Part shown: positions 35,424-38,352 of the stretch, in pieces | How the letters are laid out: every line of letters starts with the position of its first letter | Numbering within the stretch: the stretch's first letter is position 1 | DNA from: Candidatus Heimdallarchaeota archaeon | GTDB taxonomy: Archaea > Asgardarchaeota > Heimdallarchaeia > Heimdallarchaeales > Heimdallarchaeaceae | Reading direction: 5' to 3' | DNA: 38,352 nt | NCBI GenBank assembly: GCA_021399345.1 | Contig: JAAFKI010000008.1 | Span: 1-38,352 of the forward strand | Position numbers and translations under genes: made by a program | Notes under the pieces: model-generated | Database searches by the model: none | The model's input: only the letters and a program-made list of their open reading frames with translations | Told to the model about the DNA's origin: nothing

Positions 35424-36257
35424 ATGGATTTGAATCTGACAGAAAAGCATATTTTATTGACTGGAGGGACTGGAGGGATAGGGAGGGCCATTATTGATCA
35501 ATTAGTTGAAGAGGAAGCTAGAGTAACTATTCATTACAATACTAATATTGTGAGTGCTACTGAGATTCAAAACAAATATGATTCAAGTAGCGTTTTCCTT
35601 GTTCAAGGTGATTTGAGAAAAGAAGAAGATATTGAAAATCTCTACTCTTTAGCAAATGATCATTTTGGTAGAATTGATAACTTAATTGCTAATGCAGGTG
35701 TTTGGGGCTCTGAATCTACTCTTACATCTGAATTAAGTTTAGATCAGTGGAATAATACTTTGGATGTGAATTTAACAGGTGTATTTCTCTGTGTAAGAGC
35801 TTTTTTTAGAAATCTAATCAAATATCCGGGGAAATCTGCTTCAATTGTTCTCATAGGTTCTACTGCTGGTTTTTTTGGTGAAGCTGGACATGCGGATTAT
35901 TCTGCTTCCAAAGCAGCTCTAATGTATGGTCTAACGAAAACTTGGAAAAATGAGATAATTCACTATGTGGAAATGGGTAGAGTTAATTCCGTTGGTCCAG
36001 GATGGGTTCTTACAGAAATGGCTATGAAATCATTAGAGGACATGGAAGAAGTAAAAAAAATTCTACAGACAATACCTATGCAGAAGATAGCATCTGCTAC
36101 TGATGTAGCAAATACAGTTTTGTTCTTATTGTCTGATAAAGCTTCAGGCCACATTAGTGGTGAATCTCTTTTAATAAGCGGTGGTATGGAAGGAAGGGTT
36201 CTTTTTGATAAATCTCATGTAGATCTGAGTTTTTTTAAAAAGAAAAATAATGGTTAA
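35424..36257 (+). CDS. Short-chain dehydrogenase/reductase
   Basis: TGGTGGIG, NAG, YSASK. Confidence 0.92.
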   Translation: MDLNLTEKHILLTGGTGGIGRAIIDQLVEEEARVTIHYNTNIVSATEIQNKYDSSSVFLVQGDLRKEEDIENLYSLANDHFGRIDNLIANAGVWGSESTLTSELSLDQWNNTLDVNLTGVFLCVRAFFRNLIKYPGKSASIVLIGSTAGFFGEAGHADYSASKAALMYGLTKTWKNEIIHYVEMGRVNSVGPGWVLTEMAMKSLEDMEEVKKILQTIPMQKIASATDVANTVLFLLSDKASGHISGESLLISGGMEGRVLFDKSHVDLSFFKKKNNG

Positions 36258-36307
36258 TAGAAGTATATATCAATAGCAAACTTTTTTTTACCTTATCAAA
36301 TGTTCTC

Positions 36308-37030
36308 ATGATGTCAAAATCTCTTCCTGCCATAGAAGTTGAGTCTAATTACTCCAATGTTCTTGAAAATATTCACAAAAGTGCAAGTTTTACTGGAAGA
36401 GATGGTTCAGATATTTCACTTGTGGGAGTAACTAAGAGAATTACTTTTGACAGAATAAAACCGGCTTTAGACGCAGGATTAAAGATAATTGGGGAAATTA
36501 TAAGCACTGAGTTGAAAAAAAAACTACTTAGAATTAAGGAATATTCGCCTTCATCAGAGATTCATGTTGTAGGTCAGATGCAGTCAAATAAAGTCAAATA
36601 TTCTGTTGAGCATTGCAATTTAATTCAAAGTGTACAAAGTAGTAAAATCCTATCTTTAGTAAATAAATATGCACAGAAACTTGATCTAATTTATCCCATT
36701 CTTTTGCAAGTCGATTTCAGTCAAGTAGAAAAAAGAAAAGGTTTGAATCAGCAGGAAGTTATCAAATATCTAGAAGAGATAAAGAAACTTAATCATATAG
36801 AGGTTCAAGGAATTATGACAATAGCTCCTCTTGAATATGAACTAGAAGAAGTTTCACTAAGAAAGTTTTTTGAGAGAACAAATTCCATTTTTCAGAAAGA
36901 GATTAAACCTCGAATTTCAGTTGATTCTCCAGTAATTTCAATGGGAATGTCAAGTGATTATGAAATCGCAATAAAGCACGGTTCTAACATGGTAAGAGTA
37001 GGTACAGCTATATTTGGATCACGAATATGA
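36308..37030 (+). CDS. yggS: YggS/PLPBP pyridoxal-phosphate homeostasis protein
   Basis: VGVTK, H.VG.MQSNK, G.MTIAP, SMGMSSDY, VRVGTAIFG. Confidence 0.9.
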   Translation: MMSKSLPAIEVESNYSNVLENIHKSASFTGRDGSDISLVGVTKRITFDRIKPALDAGLKIIGEIISTELKKKLLRIKEYSPSSEIHVVGQMQSNKVKYSVEHCNLIQSVQSSKILSLVNKYAQKLDLIYPILLQVDFSQVEKRKGLNQQEVIKYLEEIKKLNHIEVQGIMTIAPLEYELEEVSLRKFFERTNSIFQKEIKPRISVDSPVISMGMSSDYEIAIKHGSNMVRVGTAIFGSRI

Positions 37031-37036
37031 ATAGTT

Positions 37037-37054
37037 TTTGTCATGTAGTCATAT
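37037..37054 (+). repeat. Left-end motif of tnpB element 2 (TTTGTCATGTAGTCATAT)
   Basis: Fits the TTTGTCAT-N5-CRTAT pattern seen at both ends of element 1. Begins 7 nt after the yggS stop. Confidence 0.6.
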
Positions 37055-37138
37055 TAAGGGAACTATGAATCACCTTGAAAGACATTTAAGAACCAAATAT
37101 TACGGGAGCTTTTATAGGGAATTAAAGGGAGAAAGGTG

Positions 37139-38352
37139 ATGACGAAAGTATTGAGAGTGGAATGTATTGAACTCCCCTATCATCAAGCGTTGAGCACACT
37201 TTGTCATCAAGTGAAAAGCCTCTATAATCGAGCGAATTATCTAGTAAAGCAATCGTTGAGTAAGAAGAATAAGCTGCTAGTGTACTATGACCTCAACACC
37301 TTACTTAAGGAAGAAGCGTGTTACAAAACTCTTCCCGCACAAACTGCACAACATACACTCAAACTCCTTTGCAGAAATTGGAAAGGGTATTTTCGTGCAC
37401 TGAAGGAGTGGAAAAAGAATCCTGTAGTTTTCTTCGCTATGCCCCAACCTCCTAACTATAAATCGAAAGATGGGGAAGTCGTAGCTATCTTCACCAACCA
37501 ACAAACAATACTACAAAATGGTTGGCTAGTCCTTCCTAAGAAAGTAGGCTTTTACTACAAAACTCGACTGACAACTCGTACCACGTTGAAAGAAGTAAGA
37601 ATTGTCCCTAGACGGGTGGGGTACACTCTCGAACTAGTGTATGAGAAAGTCTTACCTAAACAGCGAAAACGTTTTACCAGAAAAGGTGCTATCGATTTAG
37701 GGTCTATCAACTTTGTAGCCTTTGTGGATAACCTTGGGTTTCAACCAATTGTTATCAAGGATCACGGGAGAGGAATCAGAAGTATTATTCAATATTATTT
37801 GAAAAAACAAACACAATTAAGAGAGCAATATGTACAGCAGCAAAAACAGCAATTGAAAACAAGGAATAAACTCAGCTATGGTCCAGCTTATTATTATCTT
37901 CGCGAGAAGTGGCGAAAAAAACTCAAAGATGCTATCCACAAACTCACCAAGTATTTAGTAGACTTGTGGGTTGAACGGAATTTACATGAAGTAATTATCG
38001 GCTATAATGCGAAATGGAAACAGAATGTCCATTTCTGGAAAAAGATCACCCAGATGTTCGTAGCTATCCCCTTCATGAAAATTATCCACCAGCTACAGTA
38101 TAAAGCGGCTGAACATGGGATAAAGGTTGAGCTTATACCCGAAAAGTATACTTCAAAGTGTAGCTTTCTGGATAATGAGTTCCCCAAGTTTAGGGAGAAG
38201 TATGCTGGACATAGAATAGAACGAGGGTTGTTTAAATCTGCCCAAGGCCATCTAATCAATGCTGATGTTAATGCTGCATACAATATTTTAATCAAAAGCG
38301 ATCCGAAAGCATTGCCTAAACGGCGTGCGAACGGGGTAGGAGGATACGTGAT
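37139..38352 (+). CDS. tnpB: TnpB-family endonuclease, copy 2 (3'-truncated by the window edge)
   Basis: Manual translation from ATG 37139 is open to the edge: MTKVLRVECIE...GAIDLGSIN...VIIGYNAKWKQ...IPEKYTSKCSFLD...INADVNAAYNIL...NGVGGYV. 62/108 identical to copy 1 over the N-terminus by hand count. Confidence 0.93.
   Translation, partial: MTKVLRVECIELPYHQALSTLCHQVKSLYNRANYLVKQSLSKKNKLLVYYDLNTLLKEEACYKTLPAQTAQHTLKLLCRNWKGYFRALKEWKKNPVVFFAMPQPPNYKSKDGEVVAIFTNQQTILQNGWLVLPKKVGFYYKTRLTTRTTLKEVRIVPRRVGYTLELVYEKVLPKQRKRFTRKGAIDLGSINFVAFVDNLGFQPIVIKDHGRGIRSIIQYYLKKQTQLREQYVQQQKQQLKTRNKLSYGPAYYYLREKWRKKLKDAIHKLTKYLVDLWVERNLHEVIIGYNAKWKQNVHFWKKITQMFVAIPFMKIIHQLQYKAAEHGIKVELIPEKYTSKCSFLDNEFPKFREKYAGHRIERGLFKSAQGHLINADVNAAYNILIKSDPKALPKRRANGVGGYV

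Noticed and set aside
1910-38295. Numerous short ORFs antisense to or nested in long genes (e.g. 1910-2110, 3804-4085, 11346-11681, 21245-21520, 30338-30898, 37301-37504, 38002-38295)
   Set aside because: Shadow frames of well-supported genes. The last two are antisense to tnpB copy 2.

Overview
AT-rich archaeal chromosomal segment, most likely from an Asgard archaeon. This is inferred from a Rab-like GTPase, a 1DGelX-type gelsolin, a membrane-anchored RING protein and a RadA with a Rad51-type Walker A. Housekeeping genes include a DGGGP-synthase-like UbiA, radA, dUTPase, gltX, a DPM1-like GT2, an aminotransferase, tldD/pmbA, an SDR and yggS. The window also holds a type IV pilus locus split into two convergent halves, and a class II ribonucleotide reductase interrupted by three inteins (two LAGLIDADG, one HNH). 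Two paralogous stand-alone TnpB genes are present. The second runs off the window end and is absent from the ORF track. Both have a rearranged (Fanzor/TnpB2-like) RuvC-II site and a structurally conserved putative omega-RNA in the 3' end of the ORF. They share an end motif TTTGTCAT-N5-CRTAT, which occurs as an inverted pair around copy 1. A 55-aa ORF and a partial 5'-edge ORF missed by the track were also found. No rRNA, tRNA or CRISPR array was seen. All assignments come from motif reading by eye, with no database searches.
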